Positions 48,847 through 58,042 of a stretch of 64,000 nt of DNA are shown here, one piece after another. Numbering within the stretch: position 1 is the first letter of the stretch; each line of letters starts with the position of its first letter. This stretch comes from Fibrobacteria bacterium (GTDB lineage: Bacteria > Fibrobacterota > Fibrobacteria > UBA11236 > JADFYW01), in assembly GCA_050294405.1 (NCBI GenBank), contig JBNKOC010000028.1, forward strand, positions 288,001 through 352,000, read 5' to 3'. The position numbers and the translations under genes were made by a program. Below the pieces are notes generated by a model, which ran no database searches, was not told the origin of the DNA, and saw nothing but the letters and a program-made list of their open reading frames with translations.

Positions 48847-51792
48847 ATGTTTAGCTCCCTTAGCGATGACAAAAAGCAAGCTGCCGTCAGCAAGGTGGTG
48901 GACGAAGGCCGTTTTATCCGTTTGGTCGCAGATGAATTCGGTTTGGAGGAGTCCGAACTTCGAAAGCTGGTGGAAGAACGTCAGTCCAAAGAGCGGCTAA
49001 AGAAAAATGCAACGCCTGGCTTTGCCTCAGCCTTTACCAAGGGAGCTTTCAAACGAGGTGCAGAGAAAAACGATTTTAGTGACGACGATTTTAAAGAGTC
49101 GGATTTTGTCACAGACGAGCCATTGGAAGAAGAAACAACGGGTCCCAAAAATGTAGTGCTTTCCAATGGCCATTTTGAAAAAATCGGTGAAAAGTTCGGT
49201 TTCAATAAAGAAGCCAAAATGGTTTTATCGGCTAAAGCCAAAGAGCCTACCACTAAAAAAAAGGTGACCTTTGAACTCTTCTCCCGCTATAAAGGTGCTG
49301 TAGAGGACATGAAGGCTAAAGCTGAGGGTTTCATTGAAAATGAAATTGCCTCGGCCCAAATAAAATTATTTATCAACTCCGAATTTCACTTTGACGAAAA
49401 AAAATCAGCTGAAGATAGAGTAGAGTATTTTTTCAAAGCGAGCCATCCCGAAGGCACAGAAATACATACAAGTGAAAACTTGCTAATGCCCGAGCGCAAG
49501 CAGTTGCACTTGCTGGAAATGACCGGGGTTAATTTTCACAACGACCGGAAAGTATTATTGCCCGACATAATTTTAGAAAATCCTAATGATATACAAACGG
49601 GGGTAAGGGCCAACGCCGCTTTTGTGACGGTTCTGAAATTCCACGAGAAAAATCCCGATAAGCTTTTATTGGTGGCAGGGCACACCGACCCCAAAGGTTC
49701 TGAATCCCACAATGATGATTTAAGTGTGGAGCGGGCCGTTAACATCTTGTTGTATATAACGGGAAAAATGAACGACTGGGCCTCCCATAGCTTTAAAAAC
49801 CACGCCGCAGAGGATATACAGTTTGTTTTGCTATGGGCAAGTCAGGAGTTTGGCTTTGATTGTCTTCCCGGAGAAATTGATAACGATTTTGGAACCAATA
49901 GTAAAAAAGCCTTAAACAATTTTCGCAATGCCTTTCAAAATCATTTTAAAAGCAACTTATATACACAGACAGAATTAAAGGGAAATACTCCATCCGAGGT
50001 TGATTTTCTTGCTTTTTATATATGTTATGATGATGTATTGGCCCGTTCCATGGATATTGAAATAAAAGAAATTCAAAGCCGCAAAGAGAATTTAACTTTG
50101 ACAGACCCCGCAGGGATTGGCTGCGGTGAGAATTTTCAGATACAAGACCCCGAGGCCGTGGGTGAAGATTCCTTAAAAAATCGCCGTGTGGATTTGCTCT
50201 TTTTTGATCCTGGAGAATTGCCGGAACTTAAAAAATCTCCTCCCGGCCAGGAAATTTACGGGGATAGTGAATTTGAAATACTAATTCTAACGGCTGATTT
50301 TGATAAGAAAAAATTGGAGCCCGGAGTTATTTTTGTTCAGCATGTTCGCAATGAAAATAAACCCATTGCTGATGTTAACTTTCGCTTGTTTAAAGGAACA
50401 GAAGTTGTAGAATCCGGGAAAACCGACGCCGAGGGAATCATTCAAGTGGAAGCTTTGGAACCCGGGGAGTTTTCCCTGGAATTGGATTCGCAAATCCCGC
50501 CTTTACGTGTGGAAATTCCCTTTGAAAAAGATCAAAATCCCACAGAGCCTTTAATTGTGCAATCGGAGCGAGGAGCAAGAGCCCATTTAATTGAGCTTGG
50601 CGATATTTCCTTTAATACAAATCATGAAATATTACTTCCCGATATAATTATTGAAAATCCTAACGATGTGGAAACAGGAGTTAGAGCAGATGCAGTATTT
50701 AAAAAGACACTGGAATTTTTAGATGAAAATCCTGAAATAAAAGTCCTTGTTGCTGGTCATACGGATACCGTAGGTCAGGATGGTGACAATGATGATTTGA
50801 GTACGGAACGGGCCATGAATGTATTGCTTTATTTATCTGCAAAGAAGGAAGCCTGGGCCGAACATTCTTTTAAATTTCAAGAAGCGGACGACTATCAGTT
50901 TATTTTGCTTTGGGCTCACCGGGAATTTGGCTTTGACTGCAACCCCGGTGAAATTGATAACGATTTTGGGAGCGGTTCCAAAACGGCCCTTAAAAATTTT
51001 AGACGGGATTTTAACGCACATTTTGAAACAGAATTATTTACAGAAGCAGAACTTAATGACGGGACTCGCAAAGAAGTGGACTGGCTTGGGTTTTACATAT
51101 GTTATGATGATGTATTATCCAGAGCAATGGGTATAAGCCTAAAAGAACTTGAAACTAAAAAGCAGGGTATCAAATTCACTGATCCTCAGGGTATTGGTTG
51201 TGGGGAAAACTTTCCCATTGAAAACCCGGATCAGGATAACTTTGATAGCCTTCGAAACCGCCGCGTAGATATTTTGTTTTTCGAACCTGGTGAAGAGCCC
51301 GATTTGACGATAGCACCTCCCGGACAACCTATATATGGAGATGGCGGCTATATATTGATTCCTATTGGCACTGAAGATTTGCTTTTGCCTAAGATTGTGG
51401 AATTTTTTGCCCGACCTGCATCCCACGACAACATAGCTGAAAAACCCCATAATGTAATTGTTCCACCAGGAGAGAAAATCATCCTTCATGTTAAGCTATC
51501 AGATACTGAGGCTTTTGATATTACACTATTTAAATCAGACGGCACAACGGGGGATTTTCAAAAGCCCGGTGAAGGGGTCATTGAAAAAACCTCTGAACCT
51601 AAAGAATTCAATTTTGAATTTGAGCCCACCGAAACCAGCCAATTTTTTCTAAAGGCAGAAAATGAATTTGGAGAAAAAGTATCAGAAGTGCCCATAAATA
51701 TTTTTGTAGGTGATGCTGGGTCGACCCTATTAAAGGGAGTGGATTTTGTGAGTTTGGGGGCGGCCCCCCAACCAGCTGAGGAGGAGGGATAA
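48847..51792 (+). CDS. Multidomain protein with two tandem OmpA-like domains each containing a peptidoglycan-binding insert; no signal peptide
   Basis: Two copies of VAGHTD..G....NDDLS.ERA ... PGEIDNDFG..SK.AL.NFR ... GIGCGENF ... NRRVD.LFF, separated by a CnaB/carboxypeptidase-regulatory-like module (GKTDAEGII.V..LEPGEF). Confidence 0.85.
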   Translation: MFSSLSDDKKQAAVSKVVDEGRFIRLVADEFGLEESELRKLVEERQSKERLKKNATPGFASAFTKGAFKRGAEKNDFSDDDFKESDFVTDEPLEEETTGPKNVVLSNGHFEKIGEKFGFNKEAKMVLSAKAKEPTTKKKVTFELFSRYKGAVEDMKAKAEGFIENEIASAQIKLFINSEFHFDEKKSAEDRVEYFFKASHPEGTEIHTSENLLMPERKQLHLLEMTGVNFHNDRKVLLPDIILENPNDIQTGVRANAAFVTVLKFHEKNPDKLLLVAGHTDPKGSESHNDDLSVERAVNILLYITGKMNDWASHSFKNHAAEDIQFVLLWASQEFGFDCLPGEIDNDFGTNSKKALNNFRNAFQNHFKSNLYTQTELKGNTPSEVDFLAFYICYDDVLARSMDIEIKEIQSRKENLTLTDPAGIGCGENFQIQDPEAVGEDSLKNRRVDLLFFDPGELPELKKSPPGQEIYGDSEFEILILTADFDKKKLEPGVIFVQHVRNENKPIADVNFRLFKGTEVVESGKTDAEGIIQVEALEPGEFSLELDSQIPPLRVEIPFEKDQNPTEPLIVQSERGARAHLIELGDISFNTNHEILLPDIIIENPNDVETGVRADAVFKKTLEFLDENPEIKVLVAGHTDTVGQDGDNDDLSTERAMNVLLYLSAKKEAWAEHSFKFQEADDYQFILLWAHREFGFDCNPGEIDNDFGSGSKTALKNFRRDFNAHFETELFTEAELNDGTRKEVDWLGFYICYDDVLSRAMGISLKELETKKQGIKFTDPQGIGCGENFPIENPDQDNFDSLRNRRVDILFFEPGEEPDLTIAPPGQPIYGDGGYILIPIGTEDLLLPKIVEFFARPASHDNIAEKPHNVIVPPGEKIILHVKLSDTEAFDITLFKSDGTTGDFQKPGEGVIEKTSEPKEFNFEFEPTETSQFFLKAENEFGEKVSEVPINIFVGDAGSTLLKGVDFVSLGAAPQPAEEEG
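49507..51342 (+). repeat. Intragenic duplication of a unit of about 250 aa (offset 1077 nt)
   Basis: Unit 1 49507-50265 (HLLEM...EIYGD), unit 2 50584-51342 (HLIEL...PIYGD); collinear with many identical blocks (LLPDII.ENPND, FGFDC.PGEIDNDFG, FYICYDDVL). Confidence 0.92.
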
Positions 51793-51794
51793 CT

Positions 51795-53249
51795 ATGGCC
51801 GATGGTGATTTGACTTTTAAGCCCCATGTAACTCAAGATTTTAACGAGTCCAAAGATGGCCCTAAGGTATTAAGTCAAGAAAGCGATCTGATTCAGTTCA
51901 GAGAAACCTCAATTATCCCAGCTAATTTAACCCGGGATCAGGCCTTTAGTCTTATGGAAAAAATATTGACTAACATGGTGGGAGTAGGGTTTGTTGACAA
52001 GCCCCCCGGACGAAGAAACGCCTATTTGGATTGTGTAAGTTGGGAAAAGGGCTGCCGTTTTACCATGAAGTCGCAACATAAAGGTGAGGGAGACCATATC
52101 GAATCATCCTGCGCAACCTTTATTCGAAATGTTTGGTGGCTCATGGGGGCCCGGGAGGAGTTTATCGGAAGCCGACTGGGTTTTGGTACGAAGAAGGGCA
52201 TTATAAGAGTTTTAATTAACCATGCCCAAAAATATGGGGCTGCCTTTGGTCCCTTGGGATCGGGAAAGTTTGTACTAAATAAGCAGACAGACCCTCCTAC
52301 TCCTCCAGTAGATTTTAAACCAAAAAAAGGGGATGTATTATATATTTTTAAGAGCCCCTCTCAACATATTTTCACAGTCACTGATGTAATTGAGAGTTCA
52401 AATAAAATCACCCTTATCAGCATTGATGGAGGACAAAATGATATTGAAGCGGGAGCTGGTGGGAAGTTTCACCCCCAAGCCATAAAAAAAATTCAAAATG
52501 GACGTAGTTTAACTGGAAAAGTGGAAGACGGGGTATTCATTCCCGATACTTTAATTTTTAAAGAAGACGGTCCGCAGCGACCCATTGTCACTTGGATACA
52601 ATTCGATAAACTCTTTAAAAGTTTTAAAGCACCCTTAACAGAAACCGTAAGAAAAAAGGCTCCAATACCCAGCGATTCCATGGTGCCCAAAGGTACTCAG
52701 GGAAGTGATGCCGATAGCTCAAGCGCCGAGTTTGATCCGGAAGAAGAGTTTTCTACCAGATTGGCTATTCATCATCCGGTTGAAGGTGCCCTTGCTGATA
52801 AAGATGTTGTTGTATCCATTCCAGATGGTACGGAGGAAGCTGGCAAAACGGATGAAAATGGGATTGTCCGATTAAGCAACTTGTCTTCAGCAATTTACAG
52901 AATTCGCTTTGAGCATAAGGGTGAAAAAATAGATCAGACGGTAGCTTCTCAATTGGACCCTATTGATACAAAAGAAGGTGTGTGGCAAAGGCTGATAAAT
53001 CTTGGTTATGTTAAGATAGACAATCCGGGATCGAAGCCCCCTGAAGAAGGGGATGATTTTACCGTGGCCGTTATGGCATTTCAATTGGCCTACAGCCTTG
53101 AAACAGATACCGGGGAGGTGGATGAAGAAACCCGCACTGCTTTGCTTAAAGCCCATGATGAAGATGACCGGACCTGGAAAGATAGGGATTGGCCCGAAGT
53201 GGAATTTGACGATGATGCTATTGAAGATTCTAAAAGCGAGGTGACCTGA
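51795..53249 (+). CDS. Putative CHAP/NlpC-like cysteine amidase + CnaB-like module + C-terminal peptidoglycan-binding domain
   Basis: SSCATF (Cys), PKKGDVLYI, QHIF (His), SIDGGQ; GKTDENGIV; GVWQRLINLGY...AVMAFQ....L..TGEVDEETRTAL (PG_binding_1-like). Confidence 0.65.
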   Translation: MADGDLTFKPHVTQDFNESKDGPKVLSQESDLIQFRETSIIPANLTRDQAFSLMEKILTNMVGVGFVDKPPGRRNAYLDCVSWEKGCRFTMKSQHKGEGDHIESSCATFIRNVWWLMGAREEFIGSRLGFGTKKGIIRVLINHAQKYGAAFGPLGSGKFVLNKQTDPPTPPVDFKPKKGDVLYIFKSPSQHIFTVTDVIESSNKITLISIDGGQNDIEAGAGGKFHPQAIKKIQNGRSLTGKVEDGVFIPDTLIFKEDGPQRPIVTWIQFDKLFKSFKAPLTETVRKKAPIPSDSMVPKGTQGSDADSSSAEFDPEEEFSTRLAIHHPVEGALADKDVVVSIPDGTEEAGKTDENGIVRLSNLSSAIYRIRFEHKGEKIDQTVASQLDPIDTKEGVWQRLINLGYVKIDNPGSKPPEEGDDFTVAVMAFQLAYSLETDTGEVDEETRTALLKAHDEDDRTWKDRDWPEVEFDDDAIEDSKSEVT

Positions 53250-53250
53250 G

Positions 53251-54639
53251 ATGGCGGACCAAAATGAAACGAATAAAGGTTTGGTCCGAAAGGCGGGATT
53301 TAAAACGGCTTGGCTGGAATATCAGGATCCCCGTGATGCCGTGGCTCACATCCGCGGTTTCCACTCTCATTTAGGCTTCGATAATTTGTTTTTTCCCGGC
53401 TTACCATTTAAGGGAACTTCTAAAATAACATTAACATCCTCCAATTTATCAAAATTTGAAGTACGGAAAGAAAAATTTTTATCAAAGCTTAAGGCCTTTA
53501 TTGGTATTCCTCATGATGATGACTTAAGTTTTCTACAGCGCTGGGTTTGTAACCCCGGTATAGAATCCAATAAATTAAATAATACCACATTAAGCGAAGT
53601 GTCGGATATTTTATCGGTCAGCGGCCACGGTACTATCGGATGGGTTTTCGGAGACCGGTTCAGTAGCGGCGATCAACAGCAAATACATCTTCCCACCGCT
53701 TATAATAAAAGGGGGGGGACACATCTTACAGGCAGGCTCAAACTTTTAATGATTCCCGCCTGCACCAACGTAGCTTTTGAAAATTCGGTGCGTTGGGAAA
53801 ATGCTCTTATTGGACCGAACCCTATTCATATTATCCTGGGTTATCACGACTCCTATTCGGGAGATCACTTAGGAGGGTTGGTACAAAAAAAATTTGCCGA
53901 AATTCTGAGCAAGGATATAGACAAGCCAATTATAGAGGCCTGGAGGGAAGCCAATATGGCAGTATCTAGACCCCAGCCCTGGGCTGCTATAACAACCGAT
54001 CTCTTTCGAAATGAATCAATTTTAGATTGGGCGAGCATAGGTCCTCCATCTCCAGGTACGGCCCCACTTATACACTTCGATGAAAAGAATCCAGGCGGTA
54101 GGACAGTTCCGGTTAGTTTTGATTTTAATGTTCAATTTATTAATGATACTTCCACAGTAATTACCCATCTTAATAGTGCCACCGGGGCAAATCTAAATGC
54201 TGGAAAATCTGGTAAGTTGAGAATTACCGCTAATTCCACACCCTTTAAATCAGGGGATGTGTTACATGTTCTGTTTTATCTTTTTAGACCAACAAAACTG
54301 AAAATGGACTTGGATAAATTCCTTATTTTTGATCCCAGTCATTTTAGTTCTGGGCTTATTTCCAAAGTGGTGGATGGCAACAGTCGTAAGAGCAGTTCTC
54401 CCACTGGAAAGCCTGATGGGATTAAAATTAATGTATCTACCACTACCAGCCAGATTGAGCTTGATTTCACTGTATTTGGTACACCTGTTCCCTTTTGGTT
54501 GGGGTCAAATGGGCTGCTTCAAGGTCCCAATGGCTCTGTGGGAGTTTTTGTACCCGGGTTCTTTGGGCCTGGAGTTCCTTTAACCGATACCAAGAAAGAA
54601 CTTGTTTTCTACGGAAATAGCGCACTCTACATGCCATGA
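53251..54639 (+). CDS. Caspase/CHAT-fold His-Cys protein (DUF6345-like) with an uncharacterised C-terminal beta domain
   Basis: DILSVSGHG, LKLLMIPAC, W...IHIILGY, F...L...PIIEAW..AN; no signal peptide. Confidence 0.55.
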   Translation: MADQNETNKGLVRKAGFKTAWLEYQDPRDAVAHIRGFHSHLGFDNLFFPGLPFKGTSKITLTSSNLSKFEVRKEKFLSKLKAFIGIPHDDDLSFLQRWVCNPGIESNKLNNTTLSEVSDILSVSGHGTIGWVFGDRFSSGDQQQIHLPTAYNKRGGTHLTGRLKLLMIPACTNVAFENSVRWENALIGPNPIHIILGYHDSYSGDHLGGLVQKKFAEILSKDIDKPIIEAWREANMAVSRPQPWAAITTDLFRNESILDWASIGPPSPGTAPLIHFDEKNPGGRTVPVSFDFNVQFINDTSTVITHLNSATGANLNAGKSGKLRITANSTPFKSGDVLHVLFYLFRPTKLKMDLDKFLIFDPSHFSSGLISKVVDGNSRKSSSPTGKPDGIKINVSTTTSQIELDFTVFGTPVPFWLGSNGLLQGPNGSVGVFVPGFFGPGVPLTDTKKELVFYGNSALYMP

Positions 54640-55622
54640 TCTGGAAACTAATATTTGCCATTCCAGCCTTTGTGGCTTCCTGCATTGCGCAAAATCCACA
54701 CATTCAATATATATCTTTGCCCGATTCACTGCAGCAGGTCAGCCTAATCGAAAAAGGCTATGCCTATTCGAAAATAGGAACAGATCAATTACAGCTTATT
54801 CTCGGTGATTCGTTATTTGAGTTTGAAATGCCCGGAGGAAGTTCTAACCTCAAATACAATGCTCGTCATAACATAATATATGGGTACAATTCTTATAACC
54901 TTCATATATATAATCTAGATTCTTTAAAACTCATTCATGCTACTTCAGGCAGAATGGGCGGGCTTGTTAACCAATGGGCAAATGAATTTTCTCATTATGC
55001 ATTAATGGGTATTGGTATGCCCAGTAAAAATTTTCTGGTTCAACATGATTTTAAAAATGGGAGCAGAAAACATATCCCATTACCGCAAAAATATTATCGT
55101 AATTTTTGGGTATTGAATGCAGGGATGGTTGTTTTAGCAGACCATAAATCCAAAAATGGAATTTCCTATGGCTTATATACATTACCACAGGATCCTAACG
55201 GGCCGGTGAAGGAAGTATTTGAAGTGGAAAGAAAAAAATCGGAACAAGAAGAACGGCCAATATTTTATTCCCTTTTCGCTGCGGATTCTTCTCAGGATAT
55301 AATCTTAAACTCTAACCCTGTTACCAAAAAAATAGATGTATACCAGTTTAAGGATAAAACCAAAAAAACCTTGGATATACAAGTCTCAAAAACAAAGTGG
55401 ATTAATCTGGAAAAAAATATTTTTTATTGGCATGATGCCGACTCGAGTCTGATCAAAAGGGGATATGTTGAAGGAACACAGCTAAAAAATATTTGTACCC
55501 TGGGTCAGGTAGATTCCAGCGCTTCGCAATTTACCACAAACAAAAATCAAATTGCCTGGCTTGAAAAAGTAGAAGGTAAAAAACGTTTGGCAATTGTTTC
55601 AAAGGAATGTTTCTCACCTTAA
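54636..55622 (+). CDS. Hypothetical lipoprotein (beta-rich)
   Basis: MIWKLIFAIPAF-VASC lipobox; ATGA overlap with the upstream gene. Confidence 0.65.
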   Translation: MIWKLIFAIPAFVASCIAQNPHIQYISLPDSLQQVSLIEKGYAYSKIGTDQLQLILGDSLFEFEMPGGSSNLKYNARHNIIYGYNSYNLHIYNLDSLKLIHATSGRMGGLVNQWANEFSHYALMGIGMPSKNFLVQHDFKNGSRKHIPLPQKYYRNFWVLNAGMVVLADHKSKNGISYGLYTLPQDPNGPVKEVFEVERKKSEQEERPIFYSLFAADSSQDIILNSNPVTKKIDVYQFKDKTKKTLDIQVSKTKWINLEKNIFYWHDADSSLIKRGYVEGTQLKNICTLGQVDSSASQFTTNKNQIAWLEKVEGKKRLAIVSKECFSP

Positions 55623-55656
55623 ATATTTCCCAGCAACCCCAACTCTTTATTAAACT

Positions 55657-56277
55657 TTAAACATCAGGAAGTGTCATCATCAGAAAACCTCCAAAGGCAG
55701 GGGTATTTGGGGCTATGTTTGGGTTTACTTGTTTTTTCATTTCCAAAATAGATTTCCGATATTTTTTATAAAAATCCCAGGTTGGAGTGGGGTGGTAGGT
55801 TAACTCCAACCCGAATTTTTCGATTACAAGCTTTGCTGTTGTGGGCTTGATAAATACTTCCTTATTCGGGTTGTAATAAGTCTGAATTATTGTGGCCAGG
55901 GACCATTTTCCTAGTTTGTGATGCTGCAAATCAAACACAAATTGTTCGAAGCCCATTTGTTGCCTGCCGTGTAGAAGCTCATATAGGGTTTTTGCTAATT
56001 GCTCCTTTTTTTTTGTGTTGAGACTCTTTAGCATGTCTCTGAATTTGGGTTTTTCGAACATGGATACCATAGAAGACCTGCTTACCAGTTTACCCATGTT
56101 TGCAATAATATCATTAGGGTTTTCAAAAGCCTTTTTGCTAAATGATTCTTTCGCAAAAGTAGTTTGCTGTTCCATCTTGTGCTTTTTTCCTATTGCTGCC
56201 ATTTCGGGATGGTTGAAGCCTCCCGGGTATTTTTTTAAAAATAATTTTTCAGCTTTTTTTAAAATTTCGTGGTTCAT
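55657..56277 (-). CDS. Conserved hypothetical protein
   Basis: 206 aa ORF with an RBS-like sequence (GAAAGGAA); motifs YPGGF, SMVSMFEKPKF, VFIKPTT, FGGFLMM; function not recognised. Confidence 0.7.
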   Translation of the reverse strand: MNHEILKKAEKLFLKKYPGGFNHPEMAAIGKKHKMEQQTTFAKESFSKKAFENPNDIIANMGKLVSRSSMVSMFEKPKFRDMLKSLNTKKKEQLAKTLYELLHGRQQMGFEQFVFDLQHHKLGKWSLATIIQTYYNPNKEVFIKPTTAKLVIEKFGLELTYHPTPTWDFYKKYRKSILEMKKQVNPNIAPNTPAFGGFLMMTLPDV

Positions 56278-56349
56278 AAAAAACTTTCCTTTCGGTAACA
56301 GTGTTTATTTTAGACCTTTGCACATTTTTATTGTTACTATTAAGTTGAG

Positions 56350-57603
56350 CTAAGATTTTAGCATAGCAATGCGCCGTTCGTTTAAATATTCTTTTTCTGC
56401 TTCGTTACTTGTAAGTTCAATGGAGCGTTCTATCGAGTTTACCGCATTGTGATACTCTTTTTTTTTGAAAAAATATTCTGCCATACACCCATGGTACAAA
56501 TATTCTCTTTGAGCTAAACTTTCGGGTTTGATTTTTCCAAGGGTTTCAATTGCACTGGGTAAATCATTGGTTTCAACTTGTATAACTGCGATGTTCAACA
56601 GGTTAAAGGACGAAGGTCTTTGTTGATTCAGTAAAAAATACCAGTTTAAAAGCGCTTTCCAGTTTGTACTTTGAAAAGAAGAGCTTTTAACATGTTCCAT
56701 GGCAATTGTCGCCTCTAACTGATAACTGGTCATTTCTTCCTTGCTATCCAGTCCTTGAAACGATTTCTCATAGGCCGTACTTCCAAGTTCAATCATAGGT
56801 TTGTACCACAGTGAGCGATCTTGCTTACGAATATTAATAAGTTCACCTTGTTCATTCACTTTGCTTTTAAGACGGGAAGCATGTAGGCACATTAATGCAA
56901 ACAGGGCATACAACTCGGAAGAGCGCAGGTTCTTTTTTTTCAGTAATATTTGACATAGTCTCATGGCTTCGCCGCATAACTCATCACGAATAAGCCGATG
57001 TTTGTTTGTGCTATGAAAACCTTCATTAAATGCAAGATAAATAACCTCCATCACGCGGGCCATTCTGTTTTTTAACTGATCTCCTTGTGGAATTTTAAAC
57101 TGAATATTTTTATCACGGATAATTTTGCGAGCTCGAGCCAGCCTTTTTTTTACAGTTTCTTCTTTGGTTAATAATGCTGCTGATATTTCACTTTGGCTAA
57201 AACCAGACAAGGTTTTGAGGGCGAAAACAATTTGTTCCTGAGGTTTTAATTCAGGATGACAGGCAACAAATATCATGCGGAGTTGGCTGTCTTCTATTTC
57301 ATGTTCGAGAAACATTTCATTTAACTGCAAACTGGCGGCACCTGTGTTCATTTTTAGAAGTCTGGCATCCTCAGCTTTTATCTTGCGCAAAAGATCGATT
57401 GTTCGGTTTTTGGCTGCGGCTAAAAGTTGAGCTTCGGGATTTTCTGGGTTATGATTTCTCCACGAGATTGATATTTTTAAAAAAGTGTCGTGAATGGCAT
57501 CTTCAATAGTTTCTAGATGTTTTAGGCCGAAAATTCGGGTAAGAATAGCCACCATCTTGGCATATTGATGCCTAAACAGATGGTGGACCAGGGATTGTTT
57601 CAT
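56350..57603 (-). CDS. ECF sigma factor with DUF6596/TPR C-terminal extension (ECF42-like)
   Basis: IEDAIHD, AKNRTIDLLR, IEDSQLRMIF.ACHP.L, IYLAFNEG, QDRSLW, YQLEA.IA.EH; downstream of a DGPF protein. Confidence 0.88.
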   Translation of the reverse strand: MKQSLVHHLFRHQYAKMVAILTRIFGLKHLETIEDAIHDTFLKISISWRNHNPENPEAQLLAAAKNRTIDLLRKIKAEDARLLKMNTGAASLQLNEMFLEHEIEDSQLRMIFVACHPELKPQEQIVFALKTLSGFSQSEISAALLTKEETVKKRLARARKIIRDKNIQFKIPQGDQLKNRMARVMEVIYLAFNEGFHSTNKHRLIRDELCGEAMRLCQILLKKKNLRSSELYALFALMCLHASRLKSKVNEQGELINIRKQDRSLWYKPMIELGSTAYEKSFQGLDSKEEMTSYQLEATIAMEHVKSSSFQSTNWKALLNWYFLLNQQRPSSFNLLNIAVIQVETNDLPSAIETLGKIKPESLAQREYLYHGCMAEYFFKKKEYHNAVNSIERSIELTSNEAEKEYLNERRIAMLKS

Positions 57604-57606
57604 TTG

Positions 57607-57954
57607 TTAGCGTTCGAAAACGACGACTTCGCGGACCTCTACAGTCCCGCCCAATTCAAAATCAGGGTAGTTTTTTGCTTCTTCCAATGCCGCCTCAAAG
57701 TTTTCTGCTGAAATAAGGTAATAACCCCCGATGAGTTCTTTTCCTTCTACAAATGGCCCGTCAGAGATAACCCGGTTTTCCCCTGTAATTCGTTTAGCCG
57801 GGGTTTGCAGTGCGTTACCACCTTTAAAAATCCCTTTTTTCGTCATGGCATCTGCCCAGGCAAACCATCTGCCCATACGATCTTGCATTTGCTCCGGACT
57901 TAGCCCTATTTGTTCGTAATTTGCTCCAATAAAAATCATCATAAAATCTTTCAC
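57607..57954 (-). CDS. YciI/DGPF-domain protein
   Basis: DGPFVEGKELIGGYY, GTVEVRE; GTG start with AAAGGAG RBS. Confidence 0.9.
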   Translation of the reverse strand: MKDFMMIFIGANYEQIGLSPEQMQDRMGRWFAWADAMTKKGIFKGGNALQTPAKRITGENRVISDGPFVEGKELIGGYYLISAENFEAALEEAKNYPDFELGGTVEVREVVVFER

Positions 57955-58042
57955 TTTTTTCTCCTTTAATGAAGTTGATTAAAAAATAACAGCAATCTTC
58001 AGTTTTTAGACTAAATAAGCCTTCTAAATTTGCTACTTCTAT

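Noticed and set aside
48776..49000. Possible IS3-family element or frameshifted transposase at the start of the OmpA gene
   Set aside because: No DDE integrase domain, terminal inverted repeats or target duplication seen; only an in-frame HTH-like segment.
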